Part shown: positions 26,870 to 36,326 of the stretch, piece by piece
Layout: every line of letters begins with the position of its first letter
How positions within the stretch are numbered: position 1 is the stretch's first letter
IMG/VR virus record: IMGVR_UViG_3300050505_000515
From: a virus
DNA length: 64,000 bases
Reading direction: 5' to 3' (one strand)
Translations under genes and position numbers: made by a program
The notes under the pieces: model-generated
Databases searched by the model: none
What the model was told of the DNA's origin: nothing
Seen by the model: the letters and a program-made list of their open reading frames with translations, nothing else

Positions 26870-27371
26870 GGCGCCTCGCATCGATCGGCTTCCAGCCCTC
26901 GGGGGCCGGCGCCGTCCGCTCGGGCACGTAGAGCACGGCCTTGTAGCCGCGGCCGTAGCCGGGCAGCGCGCCGTCGGGCTCGATCTTGTAGTGGCCGGTC
27001 TTCGGGTCCTCGATACTGGTCGCGGCCTCGGTCGCGAGCTCCTGCTCCCAGGACGTGAGGTCGTGCCAGCTACGCCAGCCGCACTTCCGGAGCGCCTCCG
27101 GGGTCAGCCGGAAGAACCGCTCGCCGGTGCAGAGGTCCACCACGTCCCAGCCGTGCTTCTTGCCGGAGCCGCGCTCGCGCTTGCACTCGACGATGCCTCG
27201 GAGGCCCAGCCGCTCGGCGCGCGCCTTCTGCGCCTCGCCCCAGAAGCCTTCGAGCGCGGTCTCGATGCAGCCGACCTCGTCGACGGCGACCTGGAGCGCG
27301 ATGGTCGGGCGCACGAGCGCTGGCGACCCCGGCGAGTACCGCGGCGCGACCGTGTAGTAGTCGCGGCTCAC
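26862..27371 (-). CDS. hypothetical protein
   Basis: GTG overlaps upstream TGA. Confidence 0.55.
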   Translation of the reverse strand: MSRDYYTVAPRYSPGSPALVRPTIALQVAVDEVGCIETALEGFWGEAQKARAERLGLRGIVECKRERGSGKKHGWDVVDLCTGERFFRLTPEALRKCGWRSWHDLTSWEQELATEAATSIEDPKTGHYKIEPDGALPGYGRGYKAVLYVPERTAPAPEGWKPIDARRHA

Positions 27372-27874
27372 GGCCCCACCCCGTACGTCTTCTTGACCAG
27401 GCCTGCGCGCTGAACCTCCACGATGACCTCCTCCTGCTTCAGGGCTCGCGCGATCTCCTCGGCGAGCGCCAGCATCTCCGACACGAAGTCCTTCGCCTTC
27501 GCGCCGGAGGTGTTGAGGATGATGACCTGCGCGCCGTTCTCCTCGACGGTCGTGCCCGACAGGCTGCTCGTGTAGATTCCCTTCTGGGCGACGAAGCTCG
27601 CGTCGGGCGAGCGCTCCTGCTTCTTGCGCACGCGCTTCACGACCTTGATGAGGTCGTCGATGTCCCAGCGAGCCTTGCCGCCGACGTTGAAGCCGACGAA
27701 GATGCGCGCGGACCACATCCCGCCCGACGTGCTCCAGCGCGGCGCGAAGTTGGCGGTGGCGACCTCCGGGCCGACGACGAGGAGCTTGCCGTTCGGGCGG
27801 AAGGACCCGTGCGTCTGCGTCTTTCCACGCGGAGAGGCCCAGTGCCCGGGGCCGATGTTCGCTTCGATTCTCAT
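27368..27874 (-). CDS. possible SAM lyase/DUF3574-like ferredoxin-fold protein
   Basis: ARIFVGFN...GIY...G.TVEE..AQVII...LAEEIARALKQEEV. Confidence 0.5.
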   Translation of the reverse strand: MRIEANIGPGHWASPRGKTQTHGSFRPNGKLLVVGPEVATANFAPRWSTSGGMWSARIFVGFNVGGKARWDIDDLIKVVKRVRKKQERSPDASFVAQKGIYTSSLSGTTVEENGAQVIILNTSGAKAKDFVSEMLALAEEIARALKQEEVIVEVQRAGLVKKTYGVGP

Positions 27875-27886
27875 GGCTCCTCGATT

Positions 27887-29545
27887 CTACACCGGTTCGA
27901 TGGCGTAGCCTTCGTGCGCCGTCGCGTGGCCCACGCTGTAGCCGTGGCTGTTGTGGAGGTAGCTCCAGATCTCCTGCTCGGTGCCGCGCATGACCTCCTT
28001 GCCGTCGTGCTTGAGCACGTGCGTGACCGGACGGTCCGGCTCCAGCCCCTTGAAGAGGTTCGGGCGGGCGTGGACAGCGCGCGCCAGGCGGGCGCCGTAG
28101 AGGCAGAGCGCCTCGTGGTAGGCGTGGTCGAGGTGGTGCCCCTTCTCGTGCGCCAGCTCGTGGAGCACGAACCGCATGACTGCCGGGTCCAGGATGAACC
28201 GCCCGAACCAGTCCCGGCCGAGCGCGGCCGCGTTGATGGTCAGCTCCCGGAACGGGGCGCCGCGGTAGCAGCCGTTGAAGCGCCAGCCGGGATCGTCGGC
28301 GATCTTGACGTAGAGGTGGTCCGAGAGCCGCTGCGGCTGCGGGTCCTCGAAGAGGATGTCCGCGATGAGGCAGATGGCGCAGACCATCCGCCGCATCTCC
28401 GGCGTCCAGTCCTCCGGCTGGAGGAGCTTCAAGGGCTTGTCGGCGTCCTTGTCGAACGGCTTCGGCGTCGGGAAGACGCGCCCGGCCGGGGCGAGGGCGC
28501 CGGCTTCCTTCACGCGCTGGCGGAGCTCCGGCGGCAGGGCCAGCTGCTGGACCACGACGTGGCCGTGGCTGACCGCCTCCTTCTCGGCCTGGCGGTCGCT
28601 CGGGTCGGCGCCGACACGCTCGGTGCCGTAGCGCAGATCCATGACCGTGTGCACGGCCTGGTCGGCCGAGCGCGCGCTGCCGGCGCCGTCGGTCACCCAC
28701 GCGGCCGCGGCCACCTCGGGCGTGAAGCGCTCGGTCTTGGTCATGGCGTTCAGGACCTCGGCTCGGAGATCCCGGAGGTAGCCCGGGGTCACGTTGTCGC
28801 GCTCCATGTTGAGCGGCACGCGCTGCATCACCTGGACGTCCCAGGTGTCTCCCGTCTCGACGACGGGGACCGAGAGCTCGTAGAGCCGCGCCGGCTGTCC
28901 CGGCAGGGGCTCGTAGACCCGGACCGTGGTCTTGCGCGCGCTGCGCCTGAGCGGCTCGCCGGCGCCGCCGATCTCCGTGACGAGCGTGGTCTCGAACTCG
29001 CAGACCGGGGTGCGCGGCCGGACCGGCTCGCCGTTGAACGTGACCTCGACGCCATCCTTCACGAGCAGCGTGCGCGCGGCCTGGGCGATCTCCGCCTGCT
29101 CCTCGCGCGTCAGGCGCAGCACGCCCCAGAACTCGCTCCCCTCCTTCGTCTTCTCCTTCGCGCTCAGCCAGCGCTCCCCGTCCTCGGCGAACGTGACCGA
29201 GCCGGTCGTCGACCGGATCTGCGCCTCGATGCAGCGGCAGAGCACGAGCTTCTCCCCGATGTCGTAGCGCCCGCCCTTGGTGGCGTCCGCCTTCTTGGGG
29301 CTCTCGGCGAAGAGGGTGTAGGCGTGCTTCAGGTCCGAGAAGCCGTCCGGGTCGTTGTCCCGGACGCGGAGCTCCGCGTGCGGCCGGCCGGAGACGGGCG
29401 TGAGCTCCATCTCGATCTTGGTCGCGCGCGTGTCGTCGGCGTTCTGGTAGAGCTCGAAGAGGGCGTAGGCGATCCCGCGCCGCTCCAGGACCAGCGCCAT
29501 CCCGCTCTTGTCGACCGCGAACCAGCTGGTCGTAGGCTTGGCCAT
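27887..29545 (-). CDS. GHKL (HSP90/MutL-like) ATPase with C-terminal HEXXH motif
   Basis: ELYQNADD, VRDNDPDG, GRYDIGEK; LHELAHE. Confidence 0.8.
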   Translation of the reverse strand: MAKPTTSWFAVDKSGMALVLERRGIAYALFELYQNADDTRATKIEMELTPVSGRPHAELRVRDNDPDGFSDLKHAYTLFAESPKKADATKGGRYDIGEKLVLCRCIEAQIRSTTGSVTFAEDGERWLSAKEKTKEGSEFWGVLRLTREEQAEIAQAARTLLVKDGVEVTFNGEPVRPRTPVCEFETTLVTEIGGAGEPLRRSARKTTVRVYEPLPGQPARLYELSVPVVETGDTWDVQVMQRVPLNMERDNVTPGYLRDLRAEVLNAMTKTERFTPEVAAAAWVTDGAGSARSADQAVHTVMDLRYGTERVGADPSDRQAEKEAVSHGHVVVQQLALPPELRQRVKEAGALAPAGRVFPTPKPFDKDADKPLKLLQPEDWTPEMRRMVCAICLIADILFEDPQPQRLSDHLYVKIADDPGWRFNGCYRGAPFRELTINAAALGRDWFGRFILDPAVMRFVLHELAHEKGHHLDHAYHEALCLYGARLARAVHARPNLFKGLEPDRPVTHVLKHDGKEVMRGTEQEIWSYLHNSHGYSVGHATAHEGYAIEPV

Positions 29546-29802
29546 CAGTCCTTCGCTCCCCTCTGCAGGCGCACCAGCGCCTCGCCGGCCTCGCGCCACT
29601 CCTTCACGGCCTTGCGCAGCTCGTCCATCTCCCGCTGGGGCACCGTGGCGGTGCCTCGGTGCGGCACGTCGACCGCGTACGCGACCACAGCCGCGGCCGC
29701 GTCAGCGACGTCGTTGTGGGCTCGCTCCAGCGTCTCCGCCGCGGCCTGCTCGCACAGGCCGAGCCGGACGCCCTCGGCGTGCTCCGTCGTGGTGTTCGTC
29801 AT
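29545..29802 (-). CDS. helical hypothetical protein
   Basis: SD GGAAGGA; coupled. Confidence 0.5.
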   Translation of the reverse strand: MTNTTTEHAEGVRLGLCEQAAAETLERAHNDVADAAAAVVAYAVDVPHRGTATVPQREMDELRKAVKEWREAGEALVRLQRGAKD

Positions 29803-29933
29803 CGTCGGTTCCTTCCGTCGTTGTCGTTTGCTGCGGTGACGTAGCTCATCGGGTAGCGCTGCCCGTGGAAGAGGGTCCAGCACCGGCGGAGGCGTGGCCA
29901 CGGGCGCCACTCCGCGGCCGTCCGGCGCTTCAT
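29799..29933 (-). CDS. small hypothetical protein (44 aa, not in ORF track)
   Basis: start and stop both overlap neighbouring genes. Confidence 0.35.
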   Translation of the reverse strand: MKRRTAAEWRPWPRLRRCWTLFHGQRYPMSYVTAANDNDGRNRR

Positions 29934-30199
29934 ACGCCGGCCTCGGCCTTGACGCGGCGGCACCAGCACTCCGGGTGGGTGCAGTCGAGCCCGCGGGCCC
30001 GCGACTGGGCGGTGTGCACCCGCACGAACTCGTGGTCGACCAGGCGGACCACGTCCTCGACCGCCGCCCAGAAGTTGATGTTGCCGTGGGCGCGCATCGT
30101 CACGGTGCTCTTGTGGGGCGGCCGCGGCAGCTCCGCGAGCAGCATGTAGCCCATGCCGCGCACCACGTAGACCTTGCCGACGACGAGAGGGTCCGCCAT
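29930..30199 (-). CDS. hypothetical protein
   Basis: SD AGGAG. Confidence 0.5.
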   Translation of the reverse strand: MADPLVVGKVYVVRGMGYMLLAELPRPPHKSTVTMRAHGNINFWAAVEDVVRLVDHEFVRVHTAQSRARGLDCTHPECWCRRVKAEAGV

Positions 30200-30201
30200 G
30201 G

Positions 30202-30699
30202 CTAGAACGCTCCTGTCGCGGCGAGCCCCGCGTACGATGGCCCGACCACGGGCGCGACGGCGACGGGCGTGCCGACGGGCACGAGCACCTTCTTCTCCAG
30301 GACGAGCCCGGTCACCATGACCGCGGCCCCGCCGACCTGGCCGAGCGAGGCGACGATGAGCGTGGCCTTCGAGCCGCCCGGCATCTTGTCCGTGACGGCC
30401 ATGTCGACGAGCGGGCCCACGATCGGGACGAAGGCCCAGCCGGAGGTGCACTGCTTGTCGGGGTGGTCGCCCTTGCAGACGGCGCTCGCCACGGACGGCG
30501 CCAGGTAGAAGGCGACGAAGGTGACGGCGCCGCCGAGCACGAGGTCGTAGCGCGTGCGCGTGGCGACCACCTGGCCCTCGGGGACCGGGTCGCCCTGGCT
30601 GTACTCCACCTCCTTCGGAGGCTTCGGAGTGTCGTCCGCGTACGCGGCGGAGCTCGTGGAGAGCACCAGCGCGGCGGCGAGGATGGTGGCGCGGTTCAT
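30202..30699 (-). CDS. myxobacterial-type exported membrane protein
   Basis: signal peptide; P.G..TRTRYDLVLGG...FVPIVGP...GQVGG pattern. Confidence 0.7.
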   Translation of the reverse strand: MNRATILAAALVLSTSSAAYADDTPKPPKEVEYSQGDPVPEGQVVATRTRYDLVLGGAVTFVAFYLAPSVASAVCKGDHPDKQCTSGWAFVPIVGPLVDMAVTDKMPGGSKATLIVASLGQVGGAAVMVTGLVLEKKVLVPVGTPVAVAPVVGPSYAGLAATGAF

Positions 30700-31157
30700 G
30701 CGGTCTTCTTTCTGTCGCGCGCCGGCCGCTCTCCGGGCGGCAGGCAGGCGACGATGTGGCACCGGACGCAGTCGTGGTCGGTGACGCCGTTGTGGCGTGG
30801 GTCGTGGTCCTTCGTGAGGTCGTACTCCTCGATGGCCTCGCGGATCGCGGCCAGGAACTCGTAGAAGGGGTTGTCGCGGTACGGCCTGTCCTCGTCGGAG
30901 TCGTAGACGAGGCGCGAGACGATGTAGCCGCCGGCGGGCGCCGGGCCCAGGTTGAAGTTGGGACCGTCCGCGCCGGTGAGCGGGTCGCACCCGTACTCGA
31001 CGACGCGCACGCCGGCGAGCTTCGCCGCGGCGCGGACCGCCCGTGCGATGCTGATCGCGGCGTGGTCGGGCAGCCCGGGCCCGTGCAGCACCCGGATGAG
31101 CTCATTGTGCTGGTCCACGATGTGGTAGCGCCGCTGCGGCGGCAGGTCTTCGGCCAT
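30696..31157 (-). CDS. hypothetical protein
   Basis: SD GGAGGA; coupled. Confidence 0.5.
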   Translation of the reverse strand: MAEDLPPQRRYHIVDQHNELIRVLHGPGLPDHAAISIARAVRAAAKLAGVRVVEYGCDPLTGADGPNFNLGPAPAGGYIVSRLVYDSDEDRPYRDNPFYEFLAAIREAIEEYDLTKDHDPRHNGVTDHDCVRCHIVACLPPGERPARDRKKTA

Positions 31158-31172
31158 GGTCGTGTCCTCCAC

Positions 31173-31222
31173 GGGCGCTCCCGAGCGGGTCAAGGAGCCG
31201 GAACTCCCGCCCGGGGGCGCCT
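31173..31222. other. 17-bp intergenic inverted repeat
   Basis: GGGCGCTCCCGAGCGGG / CCCGCCCGGGGGCGCCT. Confidence 0.55.
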
Positions 31223-31237
31223 GCGCAAGACGCGACG

Positions 31238-31450
31238 TCACTTGCCGCTCCAGCCGTCGCGGATGGCGCGGCGGTGGACCTCGTCCCGGCTGAGCCGGAC
31301 GCCCGGCGGGACGACGAAGGTGACGCGGCAGGCGTCGACCGTGACTTCGAGGAGGAAGTCCTCCGCGATGTCGCGCCCGAAGCGCGCAGCCGCGCTCCCG
31401 TCCTCGAACGTCAGCTCGTGGCGGGTGCCCTGTCGCCAACGTTCGTTCAT
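31238..31450 (-). CDS. hypothetical protein
   Basis: coupled to upstream gene. Confidence 0.45.
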   Translation of the reverse strand: MNERWRQGTRHELTFEDGSAAARFGRDIAEDFLLEVTVDACRVTFVVPPGVRLSRDEVHRRAIRDGWSGK

Positions 31451-32226
31451 GGCAGGCCCCGGATGAAGTCGGCCATGGAGCCCGGGTGCGGGGTCGCGCC
31501 GCGGGCGCCCTTGACGGAGCGGCGCCAGAGGCCCTCGATCGTCGTCAGGTGCGGCTTCGCGCGGTCCTCCATCTCGATGATGCGCGCCGTCAGCTCCGGG
31601 TGCTTTCTGTGGAGCGTGACGAGCTCGGCGGGCTTGCTCGCCGGGCAGTAGAAGCACGCGCTCTTCTCGGGCACGGGCAGGCCCGCGCGCTGGATCTCCT
31701 CGATGCAGCGCTCGCGCGTCCAGCCCCAGTCGCGGAGCGGGTATACGTACGTATACCGGTGGTCGCTCTTGAGGTTCCAGGCGCGCCTGGAGTCCTGGGG
31801 CCCGGCGTCGTAGCCGATGGCCTTCGTGACCCGGAGCCCCGCGGCCCAGGCGGCGCGCGCCGGCTCCCAGGCCGCGCAGTAGGCGTCCTGGGGCTCGCGC
31901 TTCCACTTGGACGAGCAGGCCTTCCTCCCGAACGCGAGGGACGGCAACGTCTCGTGCTCCAGGCAGTTCTCCCCGAGCGTCGAGTAGACGTTGCCGGTCA
32001 CGCGCGAGCGGGTGGGCTTGCGCCGGACGGTGATGACCGCCGGCCAGCCGCGGTCGGCGAGCCAGCCGTCGATGACGGCTCTGTAGCCGTACGTCTCCGG
32101 CTTCTCGTCGCCGGTGTCGGCGAAGAGGATGAGGTCCGGCCGCCGGCCGCGGGCGTGGAGCCCGAGCAGCATCGCGGTCGAGTCGACCCCCTGGCCGTAG
32201 GCGACGATGAAGGGGGCGGCGGTCAT
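31447..32226 (-). CDS. PAPS-reductase/PP-loop family protein (paralog 2)
   Basis: AYGQGVDS, FADTGDEKPETY, CSSKWK, IGYDAG, YPL, PEKSACFYCP. Confidence 0.85.
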   Translation of the reverse strand: MTAAPFIVAYGQGVDSTAMLLGLHARGRRPDLILFADTGDEKPETYGYRAVIDGWLADRGWPAVITVRRKPTRSRVTGNVYSTLGENCLEHETLPSLAFGRKACSSKWKREPQDAYCAAWEPARAAWAAGLRVTKAIGYDAGPQDSRRAWNLKSDHRYTYVYPLRDWGWTRERCIEEIQRAGLPVPEKSACFYCPASKPAELVTLHRKHPELTARIIEMEDRAKPHLTTIEGLWRRSVKGARGATPHPGSMADFIRGLP

Positions 32227-32513
32227 GGGCTCCCCCAGAGGTCAGCGAGGTCCGCCGGCGCGGCTTCAAGCACGCACGGGACGGCGTCGCGCGCAATCCC
32301 GCGCGTCGTCGGCTGCATCGCCAGGACCACGGCGCGCATGGCGCGCACCGCCATGGTCTGGCCCTGTTCGTCGGCGACGGCGTAGAGCTCCAGGAGATGC
32401 ACGAACGCTTGCAGCGCGCGGCGGTCCTGGCCGGTGAGCGGAGCGAGGTACGTCCGCCCGTGGCGATTCTTGAGCCACGAGAAGGCGTCCTGACAGATGG
32501 GCTTGTCGGCCAT
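32223..32513 (-). CDS. hypothetical protein
   Basis: coupled. Confidence 0.55.
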   Translation of the reverse strand: MADKPICQDAFSWLKNRHGRTYLAPLTGQDRRALQAFVHLLELYAVADEQGQTMAVRAMRAVVLAMQPTTRGIARDAVPCVLEAAPADLADLWGSP

Positions 32514-33319
32514 CAGCGCACCCTCCTGAGAATGCAGCGCGGCTGCGCGCCGCCGCCGTAGAAGATGACGCCGCCGGGCGCGAGCGCCCGGATCTCGTCC
32601 GGGTCCACCTCGGGGTTGTCGTCCCGAGGGTTGGCGTCCAGGAACTCCTGGAGGTCGATCGACTCTCCGTCGAGCGTGTACGCCGGCGGCGGATCGAGGA
32701 TGCCGAGCTTGTAGACCGGTTCCCCGGCCTTGCCGAAAGACACCTGCGGGACGCCGCGCGCGCCGAGCACCCGGAGCTGGCCTTCACGCGGCTCGCCCGG
32801 GTACGCCGGCTCCCTGTCGTAGCGCACGGTGTAGATGTCCTTCCTCGACCAGACGTAGCTTCGCGAGAACGCCGCGTCCTCGGGCGTCGGGTAGAGCTCC
32901 GCCGCGGCGACGGTGCCCTCGTGGTAGTCGAGCCAGCCGCGGCCAGTCCAGACGCGGACCTTCTGCCCGACGGTGAGCGTATGGGCGAGGAGCCAGGTGC
33001 ACACCTCCTCCGGCTCGACGGCGACGATGCGCGCGTTCTTGGCGTGAGCCTTCATCCGTGCGCGGTCGTCGTCGAGCCAGGTGAAGAGGTTCGGGTGGAC
33101 AGCGCGCGCACGCGATTCCGGCACGCGCTTGCACTTCCTCCGCAGCACCTCGATCGAGACGCCGCCCGAGGCCGGCATCGAATTCGGCTCGGCCATCGCG
33201 GCGACGTACGCCTCGTACTCGCCGTGCGCGTAGTTGTCGGGGAAGATCGCCAGGCAGTTGCCGGTCGACCGCCGCTTGCGCGGGTCGTGAAACTCCTCGT
33301 AGAACCGCACGCCCTTCAC
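32513..33319 (-). CDS. hypothetical protein
   Basis: SD GGAGGAG; GTG overlaps TGA. Confidence 0.6.
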   Translation of the reverse strand: MKGVRFYEEFHDPRKRRSTGNCLAIFPDNYAHGEYEAYVAAMAEPNSMPASGGVSIEVLRRKCKRVPESRARAVHPNLFTWLDDDRARMKAHAKNARIVAVEPEEVCTWLLAHTLTVGQKVRVWTGRGWLDYHEGTVAAAELYPTPEDAAFSRSYVWSRKDIYTVRYDREPAYPGEPREGQLRVLGARGVPQVSFGKAGEPVYKLGILDPPPAYTLDGESIDLQEFLDANPRDDNPEVDPDEIRALAPGGVIFYGGGAQPRCILRRVR

Positions 33320-33516
33320 GGCTCCTCCTTGTAGTAGCCGTCGAACCACTCCCCGCGGTCGGCCGTGAGCTTCTTGCCCTCGGCGCTCGTGCAGGTGCGG
33401 CTCGACGTGTCGAGGTCCGAGCAGTGGGCCTGCGCCTCTTCGAGCGTCAGGCCGGTCTGGAGTGTCTCCTTCGGGTAGCCCCCGAGGAAGAACCGGACGA
33501 TCTTGTAGGTGGTCAC
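33316..33516 (-). CDS. conserved small phage protein
   Basis: YKIVRF...TGLTLEEAQAHC...SS.T...WFDGY. Confidence 0.65.
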   Translation of the reverse strand: MTTYKIVRFFLGGYPKETLQTGLTLEEAQAHCSDLDTSSRTCTSAEGKKLTADRGEWFDGYYKEEP

Positions 33517-33719
33517 GGCCCCTCCTTGTAGCGGCAGAGGATGTTTCGCACCGTGGCGGGCTCGCTGGCCGGCCGCGCGTGGTCCTGGCAGTGCTCCTCG
33601 AACCACTCGTTCAGCTCGTTCTGGAACAGGCCGCCGTCGAGCACGTCGTTCACGGCGTCGCGAGCGTCTTCGGCGGACTCTGCCTCGATGTGCAGCTCCA
33701 CCACGATCTTGACGATCAT
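33513..33719 (-). CDS. hypothetical protein
   Basis: coupled. Confidence 0.5.
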   Translation of the reverse strand: MIVKIVVELHIEAESAEDARDAVNDVLDGGLFQNELNEWFEEHCQDHARPASEPATVRNILCRYKEGP

Positions 33720-34882
33720 GCGGCCGCCTTTCCGATGGCGACGACGCTGGATGCGTCGGTCATCTGTGCGGCGCCGAGCTCCACGTACGCGGTCGCGCGG
33801 TCGCGGAGCGGAGCGCCCGGGTAGACCGAGCACTCGATGGCCACGGTCCAGAGGCGAGCGCCGAGGGCGCCCAGCTCGTCGAGGGCCGCGTTCTGGGCGT
33901 GGTGATTCCCGTCCTCGCCGTCGGTCACGAGCACGACGTCGGCGCCGACTTGGCCCTTCTTCGTCAGCTCGCGCACCTGCTCGGCCGCGTTGGAGAGCGC
34001 CATGCCGATGGCGGTCCCGCCGCCCATGAAGTGACGGATCATCTCGACCACGGCGCCGGCGTCGCCGGGCTTGATCGGTCGGACGACCACGGACGTCGAG
34101 TAGTGGATGACCACGACATCGCGCTTCTCCTCGAAGGCGATGCGCATGAGCGCGATGGCGGCGGCGCGAGCCCACTCGTTCCGGTAGCCGCGCATGCTGC
34201 TGGATTCGTCCAGCGCCATCACGAGCGGGCCCTTGCTGACGTGGGAGGAGCCACGGACCGCGTACTGGAGCGCGCGGGACTCGATGATCCGGACGAGCAC
34301 GGGCAGCTCCAGCTCCGGATCCATCAGCTGCGCGTGCTCGGTCGGGAGCAGGCGCGGGATGTTGTTCCCCATCTCGACGGAGTGGACCTCCTCGGGGATG
34401 CCGTGGACGCGGCCGGCGCGGGCGCCGGAGAGCGCCGCGTGCATCCGGCCGGCGAGGCGCGCTACGCGCTCCACGTCGGCCGTATTGCCGCCGCCGACGG
34501 CGACGTCCTGGAGCGTCACCCAGGCACTGTCGAGGCTCCAGCCGAAGCCGGAGGCGAGCTCCACGGTCGCGGTCGCGCGGTCGTGAAAGAGCGCCCAGGC
34601 TTCCCTGGCATGGTCGCGGAGCGCCACGCCCGTCAGGCGGGCGGTGCCGCGGAGCGCCGCGTCCCAGTGCATCGAGAACGCGTACGCGCACGCCACGTCG
34701 GAGCCCGCGAGCAGGCTCGCGTACTCGGTCGGCGCGGTGTCACGCACGGCCTCGGCGTAGCTGCCCACCGTGGGCTCGCCGTCGTCGCAGACGGCGGCCC
34801 AGAGGGCAGCCGCGAGCGCGAGATCGCGCTTTGCTGCTTCGCCGACGACGCGGTGTCGCCGGCGTGCTTCCTGGAATCGCAT
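33716..34882 (-). CDS. VWA-domain protein (ViaA/YehP-like)
   Basis: MIDAS LDESSSM, GGGT, VVLVTDG; adjacent to a MoxR ATPase. Confidence 0.85.
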   Translation of the reverse strand: MRFQEARRRHRVVGEAAKRDLALAAALWAAVCDDGEPTVGSYAEAVRDTAPTEYASLLAGSDVACAYAFSMHWDAALRGTARLTGVALRDHAREAWALFHDRATATVELASGFGWSLDSAWVTLQDVAVGGGNTADVERVARLAGRMHAALSGARAGRVHGIPEEVHSVEMGNNIPRLLPTEHAQLMDPELELPVLVRIIESRALQYAVRGSSHVSKGPLVMALDESSSMRGYRNEWARAAAIALMRIAFEEKRDVVVIHYSTSVVVRPIKPGDAGAVVEMIRHFMGGGTAIGMALSNAAEQVRELTKKGQVGADVVLVTDGEDGNHHAQNAALDELGALGARLWTVAIECSVYPGAPLRDRATAYVELGAAQMTDASSVVAIGKAAA

Positions 34883-34901
34883 GCTGTCCTCCTTTCTTTG
34901 G

Positions 34902-36083
34902 TTAGGGCATCCCGCTGTAGCGCTGGCTCACGAGGTCTTCCTTGAGCTGCTGATTCGCCGCCTTGAGGGCTGCGACCTTGCGCTCCACCTTCTCGTGCGC
35001 GCGGCGCGTGAGCTTGCCGGCGTACTGCTGGACCCGCTTGCCGGCGGTCGCCAGCGTGGTCATCAGCGTCGGGATCGCGGCGTAGTACGCCGCGGGATCG
35101 GTCGGCCTGGCCTCGTAGGCCCGGAGCGCGTCGTCGATGATGTCGAGCGCTTCGCGCGCGGGACCGAGGTCCACGGTCTTGAGCGTGGCCTCGACCGGGC
35201 CGATCTCCGCCTGTTTCGACCAGAGGCCGAAGCGGAGCGCGTAGAGGTGGTCCTTCTCGACCTCGGGCGCGCCATCGAGCCAGGCCGCAGCCTGGAGCAC
35301 GCCGCAGAGCTGGATCCAGCGCCGGTCAGACACGACCACGCCGTCGCGGGTGAGCAGCGCCTTGAGGCGCTCCAGCTCGTCGTAGATGGCGTCCGGGATG
35401 ACCACGGCGGTGACCGCGCGGGTCACGGCGTCCCACTCGGCGACGGTGATCGTCGCCGGGGGCGTGAAGCTCGGGCGAGCCTTGAGCATGCCCTTCCAGG
35501 CGTGCGGGGACTCGACGTACGAGACCACGTAGCGGAGCAGGAACCGGTCGAAGAGGGCGCCGAGGGTTTCGTCCTCGGGCATCTCGTTCGAGGCGCCGCA
35601 CGCCATGCGGAGCGGGGAAGGCTTGCCCTTGTAGGTCCGCTCGTTCAGGACCGAGAGCGTCGAGTTGAGCACGGCGCTGTTGGCCTTGAACGTCTCGTCC
35701 AGGAAGGCCACCTCGCAGCCGGGCAGGTGCCCGTCCGTCGAGCGCTCGAATCGGTCCTGTTTCAGGGCCGAGAGCTTGGCCGGGCCGCACACCTCGTCCT
35801 CGGTCGAGAACTTGGTGAGCAGCGTGGAGAAGTACCGGGCGCCCGAGATGCAGCGGGTCAGCGCACCGATGAGGTGCGACTTGCCGGTGCCGGGCGGCCC
35901 GAGCAGCAGCGGGTGCTGCTGGCAGAGCGCCGAGAGCATGATGCACTCGACGGCGTCGTCGCGCTCGACGTACGTCCGGAGCATCGCGTCGCGGATCGCG
36001 GCGAAACGCCTCCGGAGGTCGCCGAGATCCACCGCGGGCGCGGCGGTCGCGAGACCGTTCTGAGCGGGTGAGATGTCGTCCAC
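34902..36083 (-). CDS. RavA/MoxR-family AAA+ ATPase
   Basis: LLGPPGTGKS, LLTKFSTEDEVCGP, FLDETFKANSAVLNSTL; SD GAAGGAG. Confidence 0.9.
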   Translation of the reverse strand: MDDISPAQNGLATAAPAVDLGDLRRRFAAIRDAMLRTYVERDDAVECIMLSALCQQHPLLLGPPGTGKSHLIGALTRCISGARYFSTLLTKFSTEDEVCGPAKLSALKQDRFERSTDGHLPGCEVAFLDETFKANSAVLNSTLSVLNERTYKGKPSPLRMACGASNEMPEDETLGALFDRFLLRYVVSYVESPHAWKGMLKARPSFTPPATITVAEWDAVTRAVTAVVIPDAIYDELERLKALLTRDGVVVSDRRWIQLCGVLQAAAWLDGAPEVEKDHLYALRFGLWSKQAEIGPVEATLKTVDLGPAREALDIIDDALRAYEARPTDPAAYYAAIPTLMTTLATAGKRVQQYAGKLTRRAHEKVERKVAALKAANQQLKEDLVSQRYSGMP

Positions 36084-36115
36084 GGGTTGGCTCCTTCGTG
36101 GTGCATGCCGGAATT

Positions 36116-36219
36116 GGCATGGCGCTGCGGCGGTAGGCACCCAGAGCCCAGACCGGGATGGGCGGGCCTAGGACCCGGACGGCGCACGGCCGCCTGACAT
36201 ACCGTCGCAGCGCCATGCC
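36116..36219. other. 20-bp inverted repeat in structured intergenic region
   Basis: GGCATGGCGCTGCGGCGGTA / TACCGTCGCAGCGCCATGCC, one mismatch. Confidence 0.7.
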
Positions 36220-36326
36220 CCCGAGCGCGCAGCTCGGGGAGCATGCCGCCGTTCTCGCACGGCGGAGCGTAGTCTCGTTTCTATGGCGGGGACCATCCGC
36301 CACAAGCGTTCAGCGAGAACGCGCGA

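Noticed and set aside
29799-29850. AANDND peptide resembling a tmRNA tag
   Set aside because: No tmRNA structure nearby, and the ORF ends in GRNRR rather than a hydrophobic AA tail.
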